Shown here piece by piece: positions 46,968 to 58,333 of a DNA stretch of 64,000 nt (positions within the stretch are counted from its first letter, which is position 1; each line of letters opens with the position of its first letter). A program made the position numbers and the translations under genes. This DNA is from Somniosus microcephalus. Taxonomy: Eukaryota. The DNA lies in the NCBI GenBank assembly GCA_052327205.1, contig CM126209.1, positions 36,766,001 through 36,830,000 of the forward strand, read 5' to 3'. Below the pieces are notes generated by a model. That model saw only the letters and a list, made by a program, of their open reading frames with translations, made no database searches and was not told the DNA's origin.

Positions 46968-49498
46968 TTAATAAAAAATGTCCTAGTAAAGGATCCCCTT
47001 GGAATGAGTGACCATAATATGGTTGAATTCCAAATTCAGTTTGAGGATGAGAGAGTTGGATCTCAAACCAGCGTACTGAGATTAAATAAAGGAGACTATG
47101 AAGGTATGAGAGTAGAATTGACTAAAGTGGATTGGGAAAACAGATTAAAGTGTAAGACGGTACAAGAGCAGTGGTCTACATTCAAGGAGATATTTCACAT
47201 CTTTCAAGAAAAATATATTCCACTGAGGAAAAAGGGGAGTAAAAGAAAAGACAGCCATCCGTGGCTTAGTAAAGTAATAAAGGATAGTATCCGACTGAAA
47301 ACAAGGGCATATAAAGTAGCCAAATCTAGTGGGAGGATAGAAGATTGGGAAGCATTTAAAAGCCAGCAAAGAATAACTAAAAGATTAATTAAGAAAGGGA
47401 AGATAGATTATGAAAGTAAACTAGCAAAAAATATAAAAAGAGATAGCAAGGCCCCGATTTTCGGCTTGTGTGGGGAATGGTCGGATTTCCCCGAATGTGG
47501 GGTTTCTGACACACATAAAAAAGTGTCAGCCAGCTCCACGCAATTTTCCCTCAAGTGGCCAATTAATTCCCAGCCTGTGGGAAGCCTTGCTAATTGTCCA
47601 ATTCGAGTCAGAAATCCCCACAGTATGATGTCATCATTCGTGGTGCTTTCAAGGTCCATAGCAAGCATGGCATCCTCTGAAGGCTTCCAAACGAACCATA
47701 CAGGATGGCAGAGGAGCCTGCAGTAGCTGTGGGCAGTGCCAGACCCCGAGCTGCCTCCAAATTCGACGAGGCTTCACTGCAGGCATTATTGGATGGGGTT
47801 AGGGCCCACAGGGAGGTTCTCTTCCCTAGGTCAGGGAGGAAGAGGCCTCCCACTGAGACCAATGCTGCATGGATGCAGGTGTCAGCAGATGCCAACTCGC
47901 TCGGAGTCACCAGAAGAACCTTGGCATTACATCTCTAACTCCTTCCTTTACTCCCCCACAGTACCATCCAGAGCCCCCGTCCTCACTGTGGAGGAGGAAG
48001 AGGCTGTGCAGCCAGACTCCTCAGAGGAAGCTACAACCTCTTGAGAGCGCAGCGTCAGCAGAAGAGAGCGCACCCAGCACCAGCGCAGACACTCACACCT
48101 CAGGGGGACCTTCAGGACATAGTGTTGTCACCTGGTGTTTCACAGCTCACAAGTGAGCCTCATCAGATTCTGGAGACAGGGACAGCAGTGAAGAGTCCTC
48201 GTCGGAGGGCGCAGGACTCTGCCAGCTCAGCTCAGCTGTGCTGCATGTCGACCCTCTGCCTCTGGGTCCATCCGCAAGAGAAGAAATGATGGATCTCCAT
48301 GCACAGATGCAGAAGTCTCTGGCAGGTTTTGTCTCCAGGGTCACTGCGAGTGTGGAGCAAATGGAGGAGTCCATAGCGACCATGAGCAGAGCCTTTGTGG
48401 AGTCATTGGTGCATGAATGCATCACCATGGAAAGGTTGGCAACCTCCATAGAGGAGATAACTCACCAGGGTACGGAAAACATGGTGAGTGCTCATAAGAG
48501 AATGACATCTCTTGAGGAGCATTGGCCATCTGTTGAACGGAGAAACCAGATCTTCCTGGAAGTCCTTCTGAGTAGGACTGCCAGGGCAGAAACGGGTCCC
48601 CATGGCCCCCTAAAGCGCAGCAAGGTGCTCTCAAGCCACTTCCAAGCACTGGCCCCTTCTGGCCTGTGCAGCTTCAGGTGAGTGAGCAGCAGCCTGGTGC
48701 TCCTGTTGCTGATCCTGCTGTTCCTGGTTCTGCTGCTGCCGCCTCTGCTGCTGGAGATCCTCTAATGGCAAGAAGGGAAGGAAAAAAAGGCGTCCCATGC
48801 TTCTCGTAAATGCCTCCGCTGAGGAAACGCTGAGTGAGGGTGGCGAGAGGGGCTTCCCAGGAGATCGCATTGGAGAAGTGTGTGAGGCTCCAACCTTCCA
48901 CAGCTGTGCCTAAGCCTTGAAGAAGTAGCCCCAAACCTGCAACAACAAGGTCCTTCAACATACAAGTGCTGGCCCTTTAAATTGCAGCTTCTCCGATTGA
49001 CCTGCAGCTGACAGCTAGCAAGCCGGCAAGCTTCATGCCAGGTCTCAGCAGCGGGGTTTCCCGCAGGCGTGTTTCAGGTGGGGAAAGCCCCAAAGCTGCA
49101 ACGGCCCCGGAAAATCTGCCTCAACAAGCTGATAATTGCTGATTAGTGTTCGGACGACCAGTCCCGCCAGCGGCGGCCGGGACTGAAGCGGGTGACGGAG
49201 AAACGCTGGTCCGAAAGTCGGACGGGGCGGGGAATCAGGCGGGGGGGGGGGTCCCAACCCGCTTTTTCGATGATTTTCGGCCCCCGGCCGCATGAAAAGC
49301 CGCCCGACGGCTGCCAGAAAATCGGGGCCAGACAGTTTCCTAGCAGATAAGGGAATTAGGGATTATGGGGAGAGGGCAGGGAAGTGGACGTGAGTCTAGG
49401 TTCGGATCAGCCATGATCCTATTGAATGGCGGAGCAGGCCCGAGGGGCCGTATGGCCTACTCCTGCTCCTACTTCTTATATTCTTATGTTCTTATGTT
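46968..49498 (+). mobile_element. CR1 LINE whose RT region is replaced by Harbinger C, nested in the tail of a minus-strand CR1
   Basis: The 5' part encodes LG.SDHNMVEF...KNIKRDSK. The 3' part (49330-49498) encodes DSFLADKGIRDYGERAGKWT plus the tail. AGGA flanks both ends. Confidence 0.85.
47450..49329. mobile_element. Internally deleted Harbinger C
   Basis: TIRs GGCCCCGATTTT and AAAATCGGGGCC. Truncated Myb/SANT exon from 47705 (KFDEASLQALLDGV...LFP...AWMQV), a later exon at ~47960-48680, and a probable transposase 5' stub on - at ~48670-48960. Confidence 0.9.
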
Positions 49499-51205
49499 AG
49501 GAGTAGGAGCAGGCCATTCTGCCCCTCAAGCCTGCTCTGCCATTCAATAAGATCATAGATAAACTTTTACATCAACTCCACATTCCCGACCTATCCCCAT
49601 ATCTCTTGATTCCCTTAGTGCCCAAAAATCTATCGATCTCAGTCTTGAATATATTCATCGACTGAGCACCCACAGACCTCTGGGGTAGACAATTCCAAAG
49701 ATTCACCACCCTCTGAGTGAAGAAATGTCTCCTCATCTCAGTCCTAAATGACCAACCCCTTATCCTTAGACTGTGACCCCTGGTTCTAGACTCTCCAGCC
49801 AGAGGAAACAGCCTCTCAGCATCTACCCTGTCAAGCCCTCTAAGAATTTTATACGTTTCAATGAGGTCACCTCTCATTTTTCTAAACTCTAGAGAATATA
49901 GGCCTAGTCTACTCAATCTCTTCTCACAGGACAGCCCTCTCGTCCCAGGAATCAATCTAGTGATCCTTTGTTGCACCCCCTCTAAGGAAAGTATATCCTT
50001 CCTTTAGGTAAGGAGACCAAAACTGTGCACAGCACTCCAGGTTGGGTCTCACCAAAGCCCTATATAATTGCAGCAAGATTTCCTTACTCTTATACTGCAA
50101 CCCCCCTGTAATAAAGGCTAACATATCATTTGCCTTCCTAATTGCTTGCTGTACCTGCTTGCTGTACTTGCAATACTTACATTGGCTCCTGGTTAAGCAG
50201 TGCCTCGATTTCAAAATTCTCATCCTTGTTTTCAAATCCCTCCATGGCCTCGCCCCTCCCTATCTCTGTAATCTCCTTCAGCCCCACAACCCCCCGAGAT
50301 ATCTGCACTCCTCTAATTCTGCCCTCTTGAGGATCCCTGATTATAATCGCTCAACCATTGGTGGCCGTGCCTTCTGCTGCCTAGGCCCTAAGCTCTGAAA
50401 TTCCCTGCCTAAACCTGTCTGCCTCGCTACCTCTCTTTCCTCCTTTAAGACGCTCCTTAAAACCTACCTCTTTGACCAAGTTTTTGGTCATCTGCCCTAA
50501 TTTATCCTTATGCGGATCGGTGTCAAATTTTTTGTCTTAAAATACTCCTGTGCAGCGCCTTGGGACGTTTTACTACGTTAAAGGTGCTATATAAATACAA
50601 GTTGTTGTTGTTGTTGTTACCTCTCTGTGATTATGTGTACAAGGACACCATAATCCCTCTGAATACCAACATTTACTAGTTTCTCACCTTTTAAAAAATA
50701 TTCTGCTTTTCCATCCTTCCTACCAAAGTGGATAATTTCACACTTATTGTACTCCATCTGCCACCTTCTTGCCCAATCACTTAACCTGTCTATATCCCTT
50801 TACAGCCTCTTTGCATCCTCCTCACAGCTCACTTTCCCACCTAGCTTTGTATCGTCAGCAAACTTGGATATATTACACTCATCTAAGTCATTACTATAAA
50901 TTGTAAATAGCTGAGGCCCAAGCACTGGTCCTTCTGGCACTCCACTAGTTACACCCTGCCATCCCAAAAATAACCCATTTATTCCTAATCTCTGTTTTCT
51001 GTCTGTTAATCAATCCTCAAGCCATGCTAATATATAACCCCCAATCCCATGAGCCCTAATCTTGTGTAACAACCTCTCGTGTGGCACCTTATCGAATGCC
51101 TTCTGAAAATCCAAATATACTGCATCCACTGGCTCCCCGTTATCTAGTTACACCCTCAGAAAAACTAACAGATTTGTCAAGCAAATTTCCCTTTCATAAA
51201 ACCGT
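49499..51205 (-). mobile_element. CR1 LINE 3' part (tail displaced to ~46940-46967), interrupted by L2
   Basis: ORF2 C-terminal ORFs 49572-49976 and 49957-50160, with FADD-region sequence at ~50850. Confidence 0.9.
50170..50618 (+). mobile_element. L2 LINE 3' fragment
   Basis: LHWLLVKQCLDFKIL.LVFKSLHGLAPPYL...GGRAF and a (GTT)n tail. Confidence 0.9.
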
Positions 51206-52093
51206 AACATCTTGGCATCAGTGATTGCCTTTGAGATAATGTAAATCTGCCAACTAACTTGTGAAGCAACAGTGATCTCAATGATTGAGGAATCAATTTT
51301 CCTCACCTACTCAATAAACATGAATGCACCAGAAATGAAGGACTAAGAAATAGGATAGTCAAAACTGCAAGAAAAATTCTAAAATGTATTTTTCTCAACT
51401 CTTCTTACACTATAATAATTTAAATCAAGTAGATTCCATTGCATTGTATCGACCATAATGAAAAGAATTCTGGATGTTCATTTCAGAATGACTGTAGCAG
51501 CCCTAGATTCTCTTTTCATTAATATATTAATTTCCCAAACAAAAATACATCTTACATTGACATGAAGGGGTTTAATTTCTGTGGGGGTTCTCCTAATCGT
51601 GATGGAATGAAAGTCAGACGGGATCTATAAAGGGCGTGTGTTCCTGTCCCCAGATTACTGCCCAAATGGTGAAGATGAAGTTCTGCCCAATTGTTTCAAA
51701 ATGTGTTTTTCCAAGAGCCATGAGGATTTCACCTGATCAAAAGTAAGCAGAAGTCAAATCAATGTATGAATGTTTACAATGATCATCAGAATGGTATAAG
51801 CTTGTAACTGTATTTGTGATAAAATAGGGTTTATAATGGAAGCTTACCTTGTTTGACATTGACACTGGATACTGTTCTGACCAATCCCTTTCATTTTTAA
51901 TATGCCCAAGACTACAGTAGCTCCTGCGTAACTTGAAGTTTTCTTTTAAATACATTGGACACATTACAGAAATAAATAAGATGCAATAATAACGTTGAAA
52001 AAGCCAACATTTTTCTTGCTTGCAAGCTGCACATTCAAACTTTACTGAACACAGTCAGACTCAATTAAGGATATGCCTATAAAATGCTTAGTT

Positions 52094-52545
52094 ATCATCC
52101 TTGGCTCAGTTGTAATACTCTTGTTTCTGAGTCAGAAGGTTGTTGGTTCAATCCCTTCTTCAGGACTTGAGTATATAATCTAGGTTGACACTTCAGCACA
52201 GTACTGAAGGAGTGCTGCACTGTTGGAGGTGCTGTCTTTCAAATGAGATTGTTAAATTGAGGCCCCATCTGCCTTCACAGGTGGATGTAAAAGATCCCAA
52301 GGCACTATTTGAAGGAGAGCTGGGAAGGTGGCCTGACTCTCAGTTATCTTTCAACCAACACACTAAAATAAGTTATCTGATCATTTATCTCATTGCTGGT
52401 TGTGGGACCTTGCTGTGTGTAAATTGGCTGCTACATTTCCCTACATTATAACAGTGACTACACTTGAAAAGTACTCCATTGGCCGTAAAGTACTTTGATA
52501 TCCTGAAGTTGTGAAAGGTGCTACATAAATGCATGTCTTTCTTTC
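52094..52545 (+). mobile_element. Deu-domain tRNA SINE, older copy
   Basis: Collinear with the reverse complement of 38435-38897; A and B boxes are present. Confidence 0.85.
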
Positions 52546-52635
52546 TGAGGAGATGCTCATAACAGGTTTTGGGGTCTCAACCAATTATCTCTTCCAACAT
52601 GTCAGTGGCAGAAATAATTAGTAAATTTTAATCTG

Positions 52636-53590
52636 ATGGTAGGAGGTATGATCAGTAAGTTCGCAGATGACATGAAAATTGGTGGAGTGGTAAATAGCGA
52701 GGAGGGAAGCCTCAGGCTACAGGACGATATAGATGGGTTGATCAGATGGGCAGAACAATGGCAATTTAAACAAATGGAATTTAACCCTGAAAAGTGTGAG
52801 GTGATGCATTTTGGGAGGACTAGCAAGGCAAGGGAATACACAATGAATGGTAGGATCCTAGGAAGGACAGAGGATCAGAGGGACCTTGGTGTGCATGTAC
52901 ATAGATCCCTGAAGGCAGCAGGACAGGTAGATAAGGTGGTTAAGAAGGCATATGGGGTTCTTGCCTTCATTAGCCGAGGCATAGAATATAAGAGTAGGGA
53001 GGTTATGATGGAGCTGTACAAAACACTAGTTAGGCCACAGCTGGAATAATGTGTGCAGTTCTGGTCGCCACACTATAGGAGGGATGTGATTGCATTGGAG
53101 AGGGTGCAGAGGAGATTCACCAGGATGTTACCTGGGCTGGAGCGTTTCAGCTATGAAGAGAGACTGGACAGGCTGGGGTTGTTTTCCTTAGAGCAGAGAA
53201 GGCTGAGGGGGGACCTGATTGAGGTGTACAAAATTATGAGGGGCATATATAGGGTAGATAGAAAGGAACTTTTCCCCTTAGTAGATGGGTCAATAACCAG
53301 AGGACATAGTTTCAAGGTAAGGGGCAGGAGGTTTAGAGGGGATTTGAGGAAAAACTTTTTCACCCAGAGGGTGATTGGAATCTGGAACTCACTGCCTGAA
53401 AGGGTGGTGGAGGCAGGAACCCTCACAACATTCAAGAAGCATTTAGATGAGCACTTGAAATGCCATAGCATACAAGACTACGGACCAAGTGCTGGAAAAT
53501 GGGATTAGAATAGACAGGGCTTGATGGCCGGTGCAGACATGATGGGCTGAAGGGCCTCTTTCTGTGCTGTATAACTGTATGACTCTATGA
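52636..53590 (+). mobile_element. CR1 LINE 3' fragment
   Basis: SKFADD and RPQLE*CVQFW motifs, then 3' UTR and short-repeat tail. Confidence 0.93.
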
Positions 53591-54339
53591 TAGAAATTAT
53601 GATCAAATGTTCTATCCTCATGTCAAATTCTTTTCTGTGCTATTTGAATGCGTGTTCACCAATTTAAATAAATGAGATCCCAGTGAGGAATTTGGTGCAA
53701 GTCCATTAAATGTTTGTATGAGGGTGGTGCTGATTGTAATATAATTCCTTTATATAGTATAGGTGATCTATTACTGCTTGGAATGATAATGAGCATTTAT
53801 CTTCAATAAATATCAACTGTAAAAATAGAAGGCAATTTCTGTATGGATTTTAAGATCATTCTTATTGTGCTTTCAATTCCTTCATATTTACGTTTGCTTC
53901 TAGGCATTTATGATGCAGAGTTGGGATCACAGCCACGGTTATGACATGAATCTTAATTAAATAGACCAGTAGAGGGCCAAGTGGACGACCAGTAACCTGT
54001 CACACTTCTATAATGTAATCTCCTAGGAATTCAGTGTTTTAGACAGTAAATTAGATGAGTGATTACAGAATGAATACAGATAATACATCATTGAACTAAT
54101 CCATGCACCTGTCTAAAAATGTCTGTTTCAACGAAGTCAGCAAGCTGAAAATCATACTGTTTGTGAGATGATGTGGCGTTCTCGGACCAGGCGTTTAAAT
54201 GGTACACTTATCAGGAACTTACAGTTTCAGCTACCTTGCAAGGAAGTTGAGATAATCAGAGACAAATGTTGGGGACAGGATAGAAAGTCAATTTATTTTT
54301 TATTAACATTTCCAGACTGATGCAGTTCTGAGCTCCAGT

Positions 54340-54612
54340 GGTTCAGGTGGACATCAAAGATTTTGTTACACTACTTGAAGAAGAGTGAGGAGCTCTCCTG
54401 GCCAATATTGCTCCCTCAACCAATGCCATCAAAAACATTAACTGCTCATTCAATTCATTGCTGTTTGTGGGATAAAAGCACCACTTTCCACTGGGCAGTT
54501 GTGTGCAAAATTGTTATTTACCCACTGCATAATGTAATTCATTCTATGTGAACTGCTTTGGGATATTTGAGAGATGTGATAAGGGGCTGTATAAATACAA
54601 GTTTTTTCTTTC
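54340..54612 (+). mobile_element. Decayed 3' half of a Deu-domain SINE
   Basis: cattgctgtttgtggga core and a tataaatacaagt tail. Confidence 0.6.
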
Positions 54613-55105
54613 ATATCTCAGAGAATGCAGTCCCACCCTCACCCTCAAGATGCACCCGAACCACACACACACAGGAGGTGGTGGGAAACATCTTTCATCC
54701 AATTATATCAGTAAAAGGTGCCTTTCCCTACTAGCTAATAACTGAATGGCTGGTAAGTTTTGAATTGGTAATCCAGACCAGGAAAAGGATGGCCTCTGAA
54801 TAAGATCATCAATAGTTGGTCAAATAAAGCTTAATCCCTGGTTGGTGCTGTGTTAGCTTGGGCACCTGTAAAGTTCCACATATTAGTCTGCCGAAGTTAC
54901 AGCAGAGCAGCGGGGAACTCTTACGGAAATTCACCATATATATATAAAAAATAAAGATCACTTTTTTACTGTTTTCCCAACATAATGAACAGAGTTGTTG
55001 AATTTGACAGCTTAACCACCAACAAAAATCACAGAAATACCATTTAATAAAAATGGAATGATTTATTGAGTCACTGTAAATCAGTGGCACTGATGTTATC
55101 CATCT

Positions 55106-58100
55106 TGTTGTGGGATTTCTCTCTGCCCCAAAGCAGTACGAGATGAGCGTCTACTGGGTCCAAGCAATCTTCATTCAAGCACGTGTAGGGAGAGGCCCTC
55201 TCAGTCTGAGCTGAGATGGGAGTCTAATTTTTACATTCGAGCAGTTGGCTTATATACAATCTTACATCTTATTTCCTTCACATTTTCGGGACTTGGCCAA
55301 TTAATTGTCCAAGTCACGTACACTTAATCACATCGCCACTAAACACATCTTGTTTATCTCATTTGCCCTGTTTCGACGTCTGCCATTGTTCTATCTAATT
55401 TACGTACGCTTAACCTCTTCTTCGCAAAGCACATCTTGGAAGCCCATTGTACAATGTATGGCCTCCTTGATTATTTTACTCCCCCAATCATCGTGTAATA
55501 TGCTTTTTCCAACTATCTTTGTTCTGCCAGACTTCTCCTTTATAACATCAGCCAGCTAGTCAGTTAAGCCGCCAATTTAACTTTTAACCCCTTCAGTCCC
55601 CCCTTTTGGCCCTTGGTGATAGCCCAAGATGGCCAACTAACTTCACCTGCTCGTACTCCTCGCCCCATCACTGCTGGCCAGGCAGGTGGTTGGATTTGCA
55701 CGGGTGTGGCTACTTAAACTACCTCTAACATTCCCTGCTTCTCTCCCAATCTATACTGTGTTTTAACAACAGTTTTAGCAATGGTTCGGTTACGGCGTTG
55801 TTTACATCGAGTACAATACTCAAACATAAGTATGATGACAATTAGCAACTGCACCACCACAAATACATGAGATGCAATTCTGATCCAGGGGTGAATGTCC
55901 ACCCTAATACCCCAGTCACAAAGTGTCTGCCACCATGAGGCATCTTCCATCTTGTCCTCCATATCCTTCCCCAGTTGTTTGACCTCCTGCTCAATTCAGT
56001 GATACTGCTTAATTATCGCCCCGGCCTCTTTCCTCAGTTCCAGCAGGTGTTCTGGTAGTTTCGGGATGTCCTTCCCCTCAGGGAGTACATATTCGTGCAT
56101 GCTGTCCTTTAGGTCCTCAGTTGGACTCACCCGTTCCTCGCGGGGCGACCGTAGGTAGGTTATGGTTGCATGTCCGATCGTTGTTGGGGCCCGGGGGTGG
56201 AAGCAGAAACTTGAGCTGGTCACTGGGCACTGGATGTTACCATACTGGTATTGAGATTCACTGGTGGTCACACAGTATTCTCCTTTTCCCCGGTGTGCTG
56301 CTCGCGTTGGCTCATGGTGGGCGCTGGAAATTTCAAGGGTACAGTTTAGAATGGTGTTGAAGTTGCACATGGCTCCTGGCCCCATCCCCACAGGATGTGG
56401 GCAGACTACGTTACTCCCCCTTTCTCTGCATCCCTCTAGCGAGATCCCCATCAAGAAGGAACCTTTCTGGGTTGCATAACTGGGTGTGTGGTGGTACCTG
56501 AGCCAATTGCCATCTCTTATGATCCTGACATTTTCTACCTCGTAGTGGGGCTTGGATTCCTATTCCTGAAGACTGGGTACAGCTAATACCATTCCTATCA
56601 GCCTGAGGTGAGTGGTAGCACAATGTTTAGTTGTCGGGTAGACCCTTATAAGTCCTTGTAGGGTGCACGAAGAGCAATTGCCGCTCTCTGGAGCCCAGTC
56701 TTGCAGTGCACTATCCCTAATCCAATCCGGCACTTCTCCATTGTGGAGCTGTGCTAGATTATGTCGCACCTCCCCTACTAGCCATGCACCGTAGGCCACG
56801 CACATTCGCTCCCTAGAGGCCTGATTGGTTATGTTATGCAGGGTGGCGGTGACGTGGTTAAATGTATGGGCATGGTTTTCCAAAACTTGCACGGACTCTA
56901 ATAGGGTTTTAGTCACGTCTTCTCCAGTCTGTCCCTGTTGTCCCTCCATCTTATTTGCCTTTAACATGAGGTCCCTTAGTTTGGATGTCAGATGATTCAC
57001 CTTGCTATTGATTTCTGCTATATCCAGGGAATTAACTGTGGCTGTCCCTGCACTGTAAGCAGTGGCTATATCATTTACCAGGTTCCTCTTGCGGCGAGAT
57101 AGGCTTGACCGTACGCGTCCCCCAGAGGCCTGGAGAGCATCAGTAACTGTCATGTCGAGGAGCCGATGGTAAAACGACCTTGTACGCCACTCGCACCATT
57201 TGTGTAACCCCATCTGGCTAATATTGAGGACAACCGAAACTATCTCATGGTGTACATTCTCAAATAAGCGCTCATCAGAATCCTGGATCACAAGCCCCAC
57301 TTTGGGTCCCGAGCTAGGCTGCGGACACCTCAAGGGTTTCTCGGTAGTCAAAGTGGTGGGCTTCAGGGCTCCTGTTACTGGGGTGGTCGGTGTGGTTGTG
57401 GTTGTGGGAGTATCCCGGGGGTTCGGCTACCAACACCAATCATCAGAGTTGGTGCACTTGGAGGTTGGGCATAGTTCCCACCCTCCTTCTTCCTGCTGGG
57501 GTACTCCGGACATCTGAGTGAAATCCCTCCCACATCTTATTTGCATAGTTCCTCCCTGTACGTATGTTAATGTATCATCACTCTTCTTCCCGAAGCATAC
57601 CGTGCTCATGTTTGTCCATTTAACAGCCATCCCCGTGTTACCCCTATCCCCTATATCGGCTAGCTTGTTGTCAAATGTGCTTACGCCCATTAACCCGGAG
57701 CTACAATTTAAATACACTGTTTTATCAATCGTGACAGTTAATGCCCCACGTTCCCGATCGCAACTGATGTCGCTCAAGTTCTTGTAATACAGGCCTCGTT
57801 GCTCCCTTCGGTTGACCGATGTATCTCCTTCTGTGGTCGCCGTATCCTGGCATATCAGTAAGGTCATCCATATGACAGAGATGAGTGTGTACTGGCTCCA
57901 AGCGATCTTTATTCAAGCACGTGCTGGGAGAGGTCCTCTCAGTCTGAGCTGAGATGGGAGTCTAATTTTTACATTCGAGCAGTTGGCTTATATACAATCT
58001 TACATCATGTTTCCTTCACATCTTTGGGACTTGGCCAATTAATTGTCCAAGTCACATACACTTAATCACATCTCCACTAAACACATCTTGTTTATCTCAT

Positions 58101-58333
58101 TTGCCCTGTTTCCACATCTGCCATTGTTCTATCCAATTTACGTACGCTTAACCTCATCTTCGCAAATCACATCTTGGCGGCCCATTGTTCAATGTATGGC
58201 CTCCTTGATTCTTTTACTCCCCCAATCATCAGGTAATATGCTTTTTCCAGCTGTCTTTGTTCTGCCAGACTTCTCCTTTACTACATCGGCTAGCTAGTCA
58301 GTTAAGCCGTTAATCTAACTTTTAACCCCTTCA
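55106..58333 (-). mobile_element. Endogenous retrovirus-like element, env only (gag/pol/PBS deleted), lokiretrovirus-like
   Basis: Complete 3' LTR at 55106-55595 (TG...CA) and 5' LTR at 57878-58333 lacking its last ~34 bp. 4-bp TSD ATCT at 55102-55105 and 58334-58337. PPT at ~55596-55607. TATA and AATAAA motifs in the LTR. Confidence 0.92.
55714..57876 (-). pseudogene. env: Class I fusion envelope glycoprotein, paramyxovirus-F-like, ~720 codons with 3 in-frame stops
   Basis: Four ORFs in the same frame, separated by stops at 57427, 56560 and 55996. Signal-peptide remnant VIWMTLLIC, Thr/Pro linker, furin site RRKR at 57085-57096, fusion peptide and heptad repeat, Cys-rich domain, second heptad, TM helix at ~55822-55878, and a basic tail. 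Confidence 0.88.

Noticed and set aside
47004-47726. 240-aa ORF
   Set aside because: CR1 ORF2 fragment reading through into the Harbinger TIR.
55305-55559. 84-aa ORF duplicated at 58043-58297
   Set aside because: Antisense within the LTRs, starts at a non-ATG codon, and has no recognisable domain.
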